This document shows positions 1 through 8,148 of a stretch of DNA of 49,061 bases, one piece after another. The stretch lies in the IMG/VR virus record IMGVR_UViG_3300025540_000001. One strand, given 5' to 3'. A program made the position numbers and the translations under genes. The first letter of the stretch is position 1, and every line of letters starts with the position of its first letter. Source of the DNA: a virus. The notes below the pieces were generated by a model. The model ran no database searches, was not told where the DNA came from, and was given only the letters and a program-made list of their open reading frames with translations.

Positions 1-48
1 AACACCTTCCCAAGGTGTGGGTCGCGGGTTCGAGTCCCGTCTTCCGCT
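1..48 (+). tRNA. 3' part of tRNA-Gly(CCC), from the anticodon stem to the discriminator; the 5' part lies upstream of the window
   Basis: Anticodon stem ACACC/GGTGT (2-6/14-18) with loop TTCCCAA, giving anticodon CCC. Variable loop GGGTC, T-arm GCGGG-TTCGAGT-CCCGT, acceptor 3' strand CTTCCGC plus discriminator T. Near-identical to the Bacillus tRNA-Gly 3' half as I remember it. CCA is not encoded. Confidence 0.8.
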
Positions 49-58
49 TAAAGTTTAA

Positions 59-99
59 ACGCTCAAACCTCTTGATATAAAAGGGTTTGAGCGTTTTTT
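59..99 (+). terminator. Rho-independent terminator downstream of tRNA-Gly (inside the att repeat)
   Basis: An 11-bp stem ACGCTCAAACC / GGTTTGAGCGT (59-69 / 84-94) with a 14-nt loop, followed by a T-run to 99. It is duplicated at 48993-49033. Confidence 0.75.
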
Positions 100-134
100 G
101 CTTTTCAACAAATTGTAGCTCACGGAAGCACAAT

Positions 135-1367
135 TTATGACTTGTTGACGGATTGTTGACGGTTTGATTCTTTTTGGCTTTTTGACCGGAAAATAGTATC
201 CAATTTTTCAGCTGCCGACTTATCCGCAGTTCGGAGCGCGTGGCCGTAAGTATCCATCGTAATACCGATATCAGCATGCCCAAGTCTTTCTGATATAATT
301 TTAGCATGCACACCCTGGTTAATTAGAAGCGTAGCCGAAGTATGTCGCAGATCGTGCAGGCGGATATGCCTTACTCCAGCTTTTTTAACAAATCGGGACC
401 ACCATTTGCTTGGTGTCGTCGGATAAAGATGATGACCGTATTCGTTACAAAACAGCCATTGATGTTCTTGCTCATATGCATCGCCCATTTTTTCCTTTTC
501 TTTTTCAAGATACTTTACATAAAACTTTAGCTCATCCATAACGGTTTTAGGCAACGAGACAAGGCGTGCCGACTTTTTAGTTTTAGTTGACTTGATTTCG
601 GGTTTATTATTTTCTCCCATTACAATGGTCTGGTCAATCTCAATTGTCTGCTCGTCAAAGTTTATTTTCGAGACTTCAAGCCCTAATAATTCGCCTTTCC
701 GCAGCCCGCCGGCCAATGCGAGGGAAGTAAAGATCCGCCAATGGATCGGCTCAGATTGTACAGCTAAAAAAAGTTGTTCCACTTCTTCCTCGTCATACAC
801 ATTAACTTTGTGCATTTCCTCATCCTTATTTCGTGGCTTTTTCACACCGTCTACCGGATTGTTTTTTACCAGCTTCCATTCGTAAGCACGGCTCATGATG
901 TTCCTTATCACCCGGTATGTATATTGTTTGACGTGGATTGAGCTTTCCCCATTTCCATCGGTGCGCTTTAGATTATTCAAAAGGTTTACGATGTGTATTG
1001 TTTTGATTTGGTCTAGCCTAAGGTCACCAAGCACCGGTTCTATATGGTTTTTAAAGTTGCTCAGATAATTATTTAAAGTGCCACCTGACAGGGCTTCTTT
1101 TGCATATTTTTTCTCCCATTCCTTTACAAACTCAGATAGTACCATTTTTTCAGGCGCAATATATTCCCCGGCTTCCACTTCAATTTTAAATTTTGTCAGT
1201 TCATCATTTAAATACTCATTGAGTTTTTTCTTTTTCTTTAATAACTGCGGATCATTAACATGGATTGTTTTTGTTCTTTTTAGACGTTTTCCTTTTGCAC
1301 TGTAACCAATTTCAACAACCAATAGGAATGAGTTTTTTCCGCGTTTTTGTATACTTGCCATATTCAT
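135..1367 (-). CDS. int: Tyrosine recombinase / phage integrase
   Basis: 410 aa. C-terminal catalytic region HIRLHDLRHTSATLLINQGV...ERLGHADIGITMDTYGH (R, HxxR and Y signature). N-terminal SAM-like domain. Adjacent to attL. Confidence 0.95.
   Translation of the reverse strand: MNMASIQKRGKNSFLLVVEIGYSAKGKRLKRTKTIHVNDPQLLKKKKKLNEYLNDELTKFKIEVEAGEYIAPEKMVLSEFVKEWEKKYAKEALSGGTLNNYLSNFKNHIEPVLGDLRLDQIKTIHIVNLLNNLKRTDGNGESSIHVKQYTYRVIRNIMSRAYEWKLVKNNPVDGVKKPRNKDEEMHKVNVYDEEEVEQLFLAVQSEPIHWRIFTSLALAGGLRKGELLGLEVSKINFDEQTIEIDQTIVMGENNKPEIKSTKTKKSARLVSLPKTVMDELKFYVKYLEKEKEKMGDAYEQEHQWLFCNEYGHHLYPTTPSKWWSRFVKKAGVRHIRLHDLRHTSATLLINQGVHAKIISERLGHADIGITMDTYGHALRTADKSAAEKLDTIFRSKSQKESNRQQSVNKS
142..162 (+). 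repeat. Two tandem TTGTTGACGG motifs; candidate integrase arm-type binding sites (attL side)
   Basis: TTGTTGACGG at 142-151 and 153-162, 15 bp from the end of the att repeat. The same octamer TTGTTGAC occurs three times in the same orientation at 48804-48842, next to attR. Confidence 0.5.
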
Positions 1368-1437
1368 TTACCTCCATTTTGTACAAAAAACTCATTGACA
1401 TTGTACAGAAAATTAAGTACGTATGTTCTTCTTTAGT

Positions 1438-1464
1438 TCTAAAGAAAAGCCCCTCAGGGCCTTT
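1438..1464 (-). terminator. Candidate intrinsic terminator after the nuclease gene
   Basis: On the minus strand AAAGGCCC-TGAG-GGGCTTTT forms a hairpin followed by CTTT, immediately after the stop at 1466. Confidence 0.5.
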
Positions 1465-1465
1465 C

Positions 1466-2686
1466 TTATCTTTCACATGCATAATTGTCGTGATCCCGGT
1501 CCATCTTTTCTTGATAAGCAGGGTGTCCTTTTGGAACTCCATTTGGATATTTCTTTCTCAATTCGGTACAGTTTGCAAAAATTTCTGTTGCCCCGGAAGA
1601 AGCGGGAGCACTTGTAGCCGATGAACTTGAACTATTTGACGATCCAGAACTTGAAGATCCAGAACTCGTTGAATGCCTCGTTGTGCTGGAACTTGATCTA
1701 CTGGAAGCTGTGCTTGTTCCTGCCGATGCCTTTGCACACCCATTGAATCCAGAATCAGTTACAAATCCACTATCTGACCATATATTGAGGTGCCTGCTTT
1801 TAGCAGCATTTTCATCACTTTCATATTTTGAGAGATACTTGTATGGCGGGTTATAAATGTAAGCAACCCGGGCATATCCACTTTTTAGCAACTCCTCTTG
1901 GATTGACTTTCCATTTACGAATACATATGCCAGTAGTCGGCCATACTTATCGTATTTGTCGCCATTGGTCTCAAATTCTAGGGTAAGTTTTCCACTGTTA
2001 ACCAGCTGTTTGTTCTTGTTATATGCACTAACGGCATATGGCTGTACGCAAGTACCAGGTTTCTTTTCCTCTGGTGTGTCAACAAGCAAATAACGCACCG
2101 TTTCGGTTTTACCTTTGTAGTTTACCTTTATAGTATCCCCATCAACGGTTTCAACTAATGTGACAGCCTCTTGATTGGTTGGTGTTGTTTGCTTGTTGGT
2201 ATTATTAGATTTTGATTGATTATTTTTGGTTTTTACAGCGGCAGTTGTGCCTGCGGCCACGGAAGCTTTATCTTTCTTTTGCTCATCCGCCTTTTTATCC
2301 TCATCTGCTTTCTTACTCTTCTCCTCTTTTTTGTCTTTATCCGCCTTCTTAGCAGTGGTTTCACTCTTTTTATTTTCTGCTTTTTTAATTTCAGACGAAG
2401 CTGTTTTTGTCTTGTTATCTTTGGTTGCTACATCTTGGTTTGGCGAACAAATTGAAAAAAGGACAGAGAAAACTATTGTTAAAATAAGGTAACCTATACC
2501 AGCAGATTTTCTTGATCTCTTCTTAGACCAAAACGCTAACTTTGGCTCAAACAAACCCGCAATCATTAAAGAAAAGCATACGCCTGACAGTAATAGGAAA
2601 AACCCGTATAAATATCTTCCAAGTACCAATAAGATGAGTAACACGACAATTATTCCTGCATACAACAGACTACCCTTTTTCACCAT
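1466..2686 (-). CDS. Membrane-anchored/secreted thermonuclease (staphylococcal nuclease fold) with a C-terminal Excalibur Ca-binding domain
   Basis: 406 aa. N-terminal hydrophobic segments, then a K/E-rich linker. The SNase core DGDTIKVNYKGKTETVRYLLVDTPE...DKYGRLLAYVFVNGKSIQEELLKSGYARVAYIY...LNIWS closely parallels S. aureus Nuc. A Ser-rich linker follows, then the Excalibur-like FANCTELRKKYPNGV...DRDHDNYACE. Confidence 0.9.
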   Translation of the reverse strand: MVKKGSLLYAGIIVVLLILLVLGRYLYGFFLLLSGVCFSLMIAGLFEPKLAFWSKKRSRKSAGIGYLILTIVFSVLFSICSPNQDVATKDNKTKTASSEIKKAENKKSETTAKKADKDKKEEKSKKADEDKKADEQKKDKASVAAGTTAAVKTKNNQSKSNNTNKQTTPTNQEAVTLVETVDGDTIKVNYKGKTETVRYLLVDTPEEKKPGTCVQPYAVSAYNKNKQLVNSGKLTLEFETNGDKYDKYGRLLAYVFVNGKSIQEELLKSGYARVAYIYNPPYKYLSKYESDENAAKSRHLNIWSDSGFVTDSGFNGCAKASAGTSTASSRSSSSTTRHSTSSGSSSSGSSNSSSSSATSAPASSGATEIFANCTELRKKYPNGVPKGHPAYQEKMDRDHDNYACER

Positions 2687-2716
2687 TTATCCCCCTCAAT
2701 CTAAAAAATTATATAA

Positions 2717-3649
2717 TTATGAAGCTAGATCCTCTGAAAAATCATCGGATAGCTTATAATCACTGGAATTTTTATAAGCCGGCAAACCATGCATATAAGA
2801 CTTCGCATTTTTATAGATCGCTGGATTGATGTAATATCCACTTGCCACTTTGTAAAACTTATATGGGTTCAGATCGACAAGATTCCGAAAGTTCCCGTAA
2901 GAAATCGAATTCGCATCCTTTTTTGTAAAATAAGCAATAATTGCTGTTCCTGTAGTTTTGTTTCCTTTATTGTCTTCAAATGTCGTGTCACGGATAAAGG
3001 CAAATCCATTTACATTCGGATTATTTTTTTCTTTTTCCATGAGTCGAGTACTGTATAAAGCGAAATTCTGGAGCATGGTTTTCTCATTCGTTTCAAATTC
3101 ATCTTTGAATTCGATCACTGCAATTTTATCTTTTATATAAGCTGTTTTTACATTGTCTTTATCTGCTTTTTTAGCGGCTAATTTTAACTCGGAGCTGCTG
3201 GATGCTCCTTTCATGGTATCTGATTCGACTGTATCCGAGCTGGAATCGGAAGAAGCTGTATTTGATTTATCATTTGTATCTTTACCAGTAAATTGATCGA
3301 CAGAAGTGTCATAAGCTGTCAAAAGTCCCTGTTGCTCTTTCCTTATCAACACATAAGCGTTTGAGTTAATATCATCACTCATGTCAAATGTAAGAATTAC
3401 ATAAGAATCTTTTGCTAATTTATGTTTAATGCTGTAATACCACATGTTGCTATTATTAGGGTCTTTCTTCGTTGGCTTCCCTATTGCCTTAATCACTTGT
3501 TTTTTTGTCATTCCTATTTTCAAATTTTTATATTCAGTTGGCGCAATATAGTTAACATGGCGCTTAGGCGCTTGAGTTTGAGGCTTGCCGCAGCCCATTA
3601 ATGATAAAATTACAGATAATGTTATTAATGAAATAACAATTTTTCTCAT
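2717..3649 (-). CDS. Lipoprotein of unknown function (prophage cargo)
   Basis: 310 aa. Signal peptide with lipobox MRKIVISLITLSVILSLMGC. Internal S/D-rich linker. Lies between the immunity genes and the nuclease on the lysogeny strand. Confidence 0.75.
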   Translation of the reverse strand: MRKIVISLITLSVILSLMGCGKPQTQAPKRHVNYIAPTEYKNLKIGMTKKQVIKAIGKPTKKDPNNSNMWYYSIKHKLAKDSYVILTFDMSDDINSNAYVLIRKEQQGLLTAYDTSVDQFTGKDTNDKSNTASSDSSSDTVESDTMKGASSSSELKLAAKKADKDNVKTAYIKDKIAVIEFKDEFETNEKTMLQNFALYSTRLMEKEKNNPNVNGFAFIRDTTFEDNKGNKTTGTAIIAYFTKKDANSISYGNFRNLVDLNPYKFYKVASGYYINPAIYKNAKSYMHGLPAYKNSSDYKLSDDFSEDLAS

Positions 3650-3686
3650 ATATATTCGCCTCGAGTTATAAGTTTTTCCAGTTGGT

Positions 3687-4313
3687 TTACAGTGAAAATT
3701 GTTCCTTGCCGTTAGCCATGATTACTAAATTCTGCTTTTTTACGTTTGGAATTCTATAAAATATTGGATCTGGTTGTAGCTCACGTAATTCATCAGAATC
3801 TGTATTGAAAATACAAGTTTCCTGCAATAAATTTAAGCGGTTCAAAGCAAAATCAACCGTCACATTATATTCTTTCGCAAGTTCATCAGCTAAAATTTGA
3901 CGATTATTATAATGTTGAGAAACATCAGCTTTTAATATCCAGCTAACCGGCATTAATAAATTTGCAGCCAATTTGAAAGCCTGCAGTTCCGTTTTATTCA
4001 GTGAATATTCGTTCATCAGCAATTCGTTTGAATAGTGTAGATACAAATGAGAAAATTCTTCAGCAAGAATTTGTCTTTCGACAATTTCATTTTTGTATGT
4101 CCCTAATTCAATAAGGCCCCGTCGCTTATCTTTAATAGGCCAGGATCGACTGTATGGTTCCTTGATGTGATTTATTTTCATGCCATATAAATCGCATAGT
4201 GTAAATAGATCAATTTCAGACGGATGCTTGAATTGAACATGTTTCAATATTTTCTTTGCCTCTTCTTCGTAAAAATCTTTTTTCTTCATTAAAATAAATT
4301 GTCGAAGTCTCAT
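3687..4313 (-). CDS. ImmA/IrrE-like protein (putative anti-repressor metalloprotease partner of the XRE repressor), with a non-canonical metal motif
   Basis: 208 aa, 24 nt downstream of the repressor gene, as in immR-immA pairs. The motif region AEEFSHLYLH aligns to HExxHxxxH with the first His replaced by Glu. RBS GAGGTGG. Confidence 0.55.
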   Translation of the reverse strand: MRLRQFILMKKKDFYEEEAKKILKHVQFKHPSEIDLFTLCDLYGMKINHIKEPYSRSWPIKDKRRGLIELGTYKNEIVERQILAEEFSHLYLHYSNELLMNEYSLNKTELQAFKLAANLLMPVSWILKADVSQHYNNRQILADELAKEYNVTVDFALNRLNLLQETCIFNTDSDELRELQPDPIFYRIPNVKKQNLVIMANGKEQFSL

Positions 4314-4336
4314 TGTTCCACCTCAAATCGGATATG

Positions 4337-4741
4337 TCATTCTAAATAGTCATTATCATCCTTTAATGCTTCCTCTACATATTTCTTGTATAACTCATAA
4401 GATTTTATCAAGTGCCTTACGTTTTTTTCGGGATCTTTTTTTAAATCATGGAATAATGATGGATGTTTCAATAATTCCTTAAAAACTTCATATTCATCTT
4501 TATCCAATGTGATTTTTTCTCCAGCAACATCAATTTCCTTGTCCTCTTCACCCAATATGTAAGCAGTCGTTACTCCAAATAAATCAGCAAACGCTTTTAT
4601 TTCTTGGTCTTTCAACGGACGTTTACCGGATTCAATTCTGCTTATCACCGAATAATCTATTCCTATTCGTTTTTCAACTTCCCTCAAAGACCAGTTGTTC
4701 TGTTCCCTTAGTTTTTTAATAATCTGACCTGGTTCGGACAT
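4337..4741 (-). CDS. XRE-family HTH repressor (CI-like / ImmR-like)
   Basis: 134 aa. HTH NNWSLREVEKRIGIDYSVISRIESGKRP. Divergent from the Cro-like gene across a 163-bp switch region. Confidence 0.9.
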   Translation of the reverse strand: MSEPGQIIKKLREQNNWSLREVEKRIGIDYSVISRIESGKRPLKDQEIKAFADLFGVTTAYILGEEDKEIDVAGEKITLDKDEYEVFKELLKHPSLFHDLKKDPEKNVRHLIKSYELYKKYVEEALKDDNDYLE

Positions 4742-4904
4742 GGTATCACCACGCTTTTTTCTGTTTTAGCAATAATATTTTATCATGTTTCTGTTTTAGA
4801 AACATATTTTTTGCTGAAATAACAACAAAAAATGTTGACTTTGCCAAAATAACAAATTATAATAAAGTCAAGTTGTTAATATAGCAACAAGAAAGGAGGA
4901 CATC
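4742..4904. promoter_or_regulatory. Lysis-lysogeny switch region with two families of 30-bp-phased direct repeats (candidate operators)
   Basis: TTGCTGAAATAACAA (4811-4825) and TTGCCAAAATAACAA (4841-4855) match 13/15. The second lies in the spacer of the rightward promoter. TTCTGTTTTAG occurs at 4759-4769 and 4789-4799. Confidence 0.6.
4835..4863 (+). promoter_or_regulatory. Sigma-A-type early rightward promoter
   Basis: TTGACT (4835-4840), 17-nt spacer, TATAAT (4858-4863), upstream of the Cro-like gene with RBS AAAGGAGG. Confidence 0.8.
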
Positions 4905-5147
4905 ATGCAACAGTTTAACCTTGCGTTCATTGTTAAAAGAAGGAAAGAGCTCAATCTTTCACTTCAGTATATGGCGGATGGGTTAGGATTCAGGAATGCC
5001 TCAACCTATTTAAAATACGAAAGGGGAGAATATCAGTTAAGGGCAAATCAACTGCCCATTTTAGCCAAGCTACTGCAATGCAGTGTATCAGATTTTTTTA
5101 TAAAAAACGTTGCTAAATCAGCAACAAAAGCAAAGGAGGTTTGTTAA
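4905..5147 (+). CDS. XRE-family HTH protein (Cro-like)
   Basis: 80 aa. HTH LSLQYMADGLGFRNASTYLKYERGE. First gene of the rightward operon. Confidence 0.85.
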   Translation: MQQFNLAFIVKRRKELNLSLQYMADGLGFRNASTYLKYERGEYQLRANQLPILAKLLQCSVSDFFIKNVAKSATKAKEVC

Positions 5148-5933
5148 TTGAACTCATTGCAAGTCTTCAATTTTAAACAAAATGAAGTTCGCACCATTTT
5201 AAAAGATGGCGAACCATGGTTTGTTGCAAAAGATGTAGCAAGTATTTTGGAATTTAAAGATGCTTTTTCGATGTGCCAGCATTTAGACGATGATGAAAAG
5301 CAAAACCTTCAATTAGAAGGTTTTAAACGGGGAGCTATTGCCATAAGCGAGTCAGGACTATATTCAGCAATACTCCGCAGCCGCAAACCTGAAGCCAAAG
5401 AATTCAAACGTTGGATTACCCATGAGGTTATCCCGTCCATCCGAAAACATGGCGCATACATGACACCAGAAACGCTCGAAAAAACAATCAGTGATCCTGA
5501 CTTCCTGATCGGGCTACTTACCAATCTCAAAGAAGAAAAAGCAAAACGAGTTAAGGCCGAGCAGGAACGAAATCAATTGATCGAACAGCAAAAAGCTGAC
5601 CTACCGTATACAAGTTTTGGAAAAGTCGTTTCAAACTCAACTGGTGCAATCAGTATCGGAGCATTTGCCAAAATGCTGTACGACAAGCACGGCATCAACA
5701 TCGGCCGTAACAAATTATTCGCTTGGCTACGTTCCCATGGATATCTCATCTCCGGCGGACGTGAACACAACAATCCAAAACAAACTTATTTGGAACAAGG
5801 GTTGTTTGTTGTAAAGCCAACCGTTGTCAGCCGAACAGAAGGAGACGTTGAAAAACTAACACCTCTAATCACTGGCAAGGGTCAAATCAAAATTGCCGAA
5901 CTCCTGATCAAAGAATTTGAGGTGGTGGTCTAA
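5148..5933 (+). CDS. Phage antirepressor (Bro-N domain plus KilAC/ANT C-terminal domain)
   Basis: 261 aa. Bro-N signature FNFKQNEVRTILKDGEPWFVAKDVASILEF. C-terminal ISIGAFAKMLYDKHGINIGRNKLFAWLRSHGYL. Confidence 0.85.
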   Translation: MNSLQVFNFKQNEVRTILKDGEPWFVAKDVASILEFKDAFSMCQHLDDDEKQNLQLEGFKRGAIAISESGLYSAILRSRKPEAKEFKRWITHEVIPSIRKHGAYMTPETLEKTISDPDFLIGLLTNLKEEKAKRVKAEQERNQLIEQQKADLPYTSFGKVVSNSTGAISIGAFAKMLYDKHGINIGRNKLFAWLRSHGYLISGGREHNNPKQTYLEQGLFVVKPTVVSRTEGDVEKLTPLITGKGQIKIAELLIKEFEVVV

Positions 5934-6119
5934 ATGCGTAACAACACCCTAACAGTCCAAGAAGTTGCAACTTATTTAGGTGTTCACCCAGACACAATTT
6001 ATACCATGGTCCGTGAAAAGCAGATCCCATTTTTCCGAGTTAGGAAACGCATCTTCTTTTCGCGTGAATCAATCGATAAATGGATTGCTGCCCAGGAAAA
6101 CAGTGTTGCATCGTTCTAG
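5934..6119 (+). CDS. Excisionase-family / MerR-like HTH DNA-binding protein
   Basis: 61 aa. LTVQEVATYLGVHPDTIYTMVREKQIPFFRVRKRIFFSRESIDKWI is the typical excisionase-type HTH pattern. Confidence 0.75.
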   Translation: MRNNTLTVQEVATYLGVHPDTIYTMVREKQIPFFRVRKRIFFSRESIDKWIAAQENSVASF

Positions 6120-6182
6120 TTTTATCTTACTGTTTTCTGATGTCCAGAATAAACAAGATCTTTGTACAGGGGGAAACTACTG

Positions 6183-6701
6183 ATGAAAGAATCTGCAAAG
6201 GTGCAAGAAGCCTTGGCGATTCTGCAACAAGAAGGACTAACACAGAAACAAATCGCACAAGACACTTACCAGTCATATGAACTGGTAAACAAGCAAACGA
6301 AAGGAACGCGTACCATGAATAAAGATGTCGCACGTCATGCCATACAGACCTATAAAAATTATGAATTCGAGCAATCAATCCTGCACGAGTTTTCGGAAGG
6401 ACTGGCAAGCCCGGTTATGGGAGGACCGTACGTTGAACGGCACCGTATGGTTCTGGAAGAAATCGCAGAAGCAGAGATAAAGGATGCACTCCGTATCATC
6501 GACGAAGTTTCCTTGGTCAAGCCTCCGAACGTATGCTCAAATGACGAACGGGAGGATGTTCGACGGATGATGCATGAGCTCATCGAGGCTCGGGTAACGA
6601 TCGACAACCTGCTCATGATATTGGAACGAGATTATGGTTTTACTGTAATGGAAGAATCAAAGAAAGTACTTAGAAAACTACGAAGTGAGAGGCGAATTTG
6701 A
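6183..6701 (+). CDS. Hypothetical early protein
   Basis: ATG at 6183 is preceded by GGGGGA. The track ORF starts at 6162. No recognisable motif. Confidence 0.6.
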   Translation: MKESAKVQEALAILQQEGLTQKQIAQDTYQSYELVNKQTKGTRTMNKDVARHAIQTYKNYEFEQSILHEFSEGLASPVMGGPYVERHRMVLEEIAEAEIKDALRIIDEVSLVKPPNVCSNDEREDVRRMMHELIEARVTIDNLLMILERDYGFTVMEESKKVLRKLRSERRI

Positions 6702-6985
6702 TGATTACCAAAGAAGATTTTTTGCCGGTTGATTTGCCAAAAGCAATTGAGCATTACAAATGCTGTAAAACATGCCTGCATTTAGCTGAAACCGAACTGG
6801 AACTCGGGCAGCTCAACATGGCAGAAATGCGAATGATTGATTTTAACCGGTCTCTCGCAGAGCTGAAGCGATTGAAAGAACGGAAAATCCAGCAGGACCG
6901 AATCAATGCCATGATTTGTGAATTGATCGAAAAAGGCATTGATATTCACAAAATTATATTTTTGGGTGGTCAACAAAATGGGTGA
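6701..6985 (+). CDS. Hypothetical early protein
   Basis: The ATG overlaps the upstream stop (TGATG). RBS GTGAGAGG. Confidence 0.6.
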   Translation: MITKEDFLPVDLPKAIEHYKCCKTCLHLAETELELGQLNMAEMRMIDFNRSLAELKRLKERKIQQDRINAMICELIEKGIDIHKIIFLGGQQNG

Positions 6986-7054
6986 GCTCATATTCATGGG
7001 ATGGTTTGTTCCGGCCGTAATCATTGGCAGATGGCTTTTAGAGGAGTGGCTGAA

Positions 7055-7195
7055 ATGAATATTTACGAAAAGGCTGAAATTATTCTGGAAGCATTGTCCG
7101 AATACATCAACGTCGACGATGAAGCTTTTCATGACATTTATATCAAAGCAATCGTCAATGGCTTGGTTGAAATTAGACAAAAAGAAAAGCAGTAA
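7055..7195 (+). CDS. Hypothetical small protein
   Basis: ATG at 7055 preceded by GAGGAG. In frame with track ORF 7001-7195. Confidence 0.5.
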   Translation: MNIYEKAEIILEALSEYINVDDEAFHDIYIKAIVNGLVEIRQKEKQ

Positions 7196-7273
7196 GAAGT
7201 TGGCGCTTCAAACTGCCTATAACGTTCACGCATGTAATTTACTCTTTCATTGTATCACAGTGAGGTGTGTTAA

Positions 7274-7456
7274 ATGAAGAAAAAACTGACTAACTATTCA
7301 AGCGTTGATCATCATTGGAAAAAGCTGCTAGGTTGCAAGTGCGGATGGTTCATTGAGACCACAGACGTGCTTCTCATTATCAAAGATTACAACCATAGCA
7401 GGCTAATAGATTACAGGCAAGAAATTAAGTCGAAACTAGGCGCAATGATCGCCTAG
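7274..7456 (+). CDS. Hypothetical small protein
   Basis: 60 aa. RBS GTGAGGTG upstream. Confidence 0.5.
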   Translation: MKKKLTNYSSVDHHWKKLLGCKCGWFIETTDVLLIIKDYNHSRLIDYRQEIKSKLGAMIA

Positions 7457-7513
7457 TCCGCCGGAGATAGCCTCCCGGCGCTGATGAGACAGGCTGCGGA
7501 AAGGGGCGAATCA

Positions 7514-7627
7514 ATGAAAATTAAAACAGGTGATTGGCTTAAACTGAATCGTTTTGAAAAGCACATATTGTTGTGTTTGGCAATTCAAGCTGGAAGGAGT
7601 GAAAAGAGTGAAACAGCCAGTGCTTAA
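7514..7627 (+). CDS. Possible 37-aa ORF not in the track
   Basis: ATG at 7514 preceded by AAGGGG at 7-nt spacing. Reads MKIKTGDWLKLNRFEKHILLCLAIQAGRSEKSETASA. It fills a gap in the operon. Confidence 0.3.
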   Translation: MKIKTGDWLKLNRFEKHILLCLAIQAGRSEKSETASA

Positions 7628-7847
7628 TGTGAATGGGAAACGATTCAAAATCCATTCGATTAATTGGTATAAAAATGGTGAGATTTGCCATATCTCAGTT
7701 TTCATGAACGGGGAGAGCAAAACGATTTTCAATGATGATGCTTCTATCTTCAAGTACGGAATTGTTTTCGACGGTGAAACGGAAGATTCGTATTCACAGC
7801 ATTACATGCTTGACTTAAGCCAGGAAGGAATGATTACGAATGATTAA
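7608..7847 (+). CDS. Hypothetical protein
   Basis: GTG at 7608 with strong RBS GGAAGGAG (7592-7599). In frame with track ORF 7554-7847. Confidence 0.6.
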   Translation: MKQPVLNVNGKRFKIHSINWYKNGEICHISVFMNGESKTIFNDDASIFKYGIVFDGETEDSYSQHYMLDLSQEGMITND

Positions 7848-8052
7848 CACAATTGAACACCCGGATATTACCAGAGTGCGCCGATTTGGATATCTGCAAA
7901 ATAATGATCCGGAGCTTTTCGGTTGCGACTACTTCGGTGATGAAATCTTTTATGGCGACGATGTGGTTGAAATTGACGGTGAACTTGTTTTACAAGACAA
8001 TCTTCAAAAATTTTTGGTTGAGCTCTACGGCGCAAAGTTTTACACGGCATAA
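7840..8052 (+). CDS. Hypothetical protein
   Basis: 70 aa. Overlaps the upstream gene by 8 nt. Followed by the hairpin ACTCCCA/TGGGAGT at 8059-8078. Confidence 0.55.
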   Translation: MINTIEHPDITRVRRFGYLQNNDPELFGCDYFGDEIFYGDDVVEIDGELVLQDNLQKFLVELYGAKFYTA

Positions 8053-8148
8053 TAAAAAACTCCCATTGCCGTGGGAGTAAGTTGCTTTAAATAAGACTAC
8101 ACCTTAATTCTATCGGTCTTTGAAAATTTTATCAAGAGGTGAAGAAGC

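Larger units (their letters stand above)
1..127 (+). repeat. attL: left copy of the 127-bp direct repeat (tRNA 3' part plus its terminator plus about 28 bp)
   Basis: Read base by base: 1-127 is identical to 48935-49061. The repeat is cut by both window edges, so 127 bp is a minimum length. Confidence 0.85.

Noticed and set aside
6782-7180. 132-aa minus-strand ORF (and 13246-13533, 11663-11848, 11911-12195 on the minus strand) in the early region
   Set aside because: All are antisense to a continuous plus-strand operon whose ORFs have RBSs and coupled starts. None has its own initiation signals.
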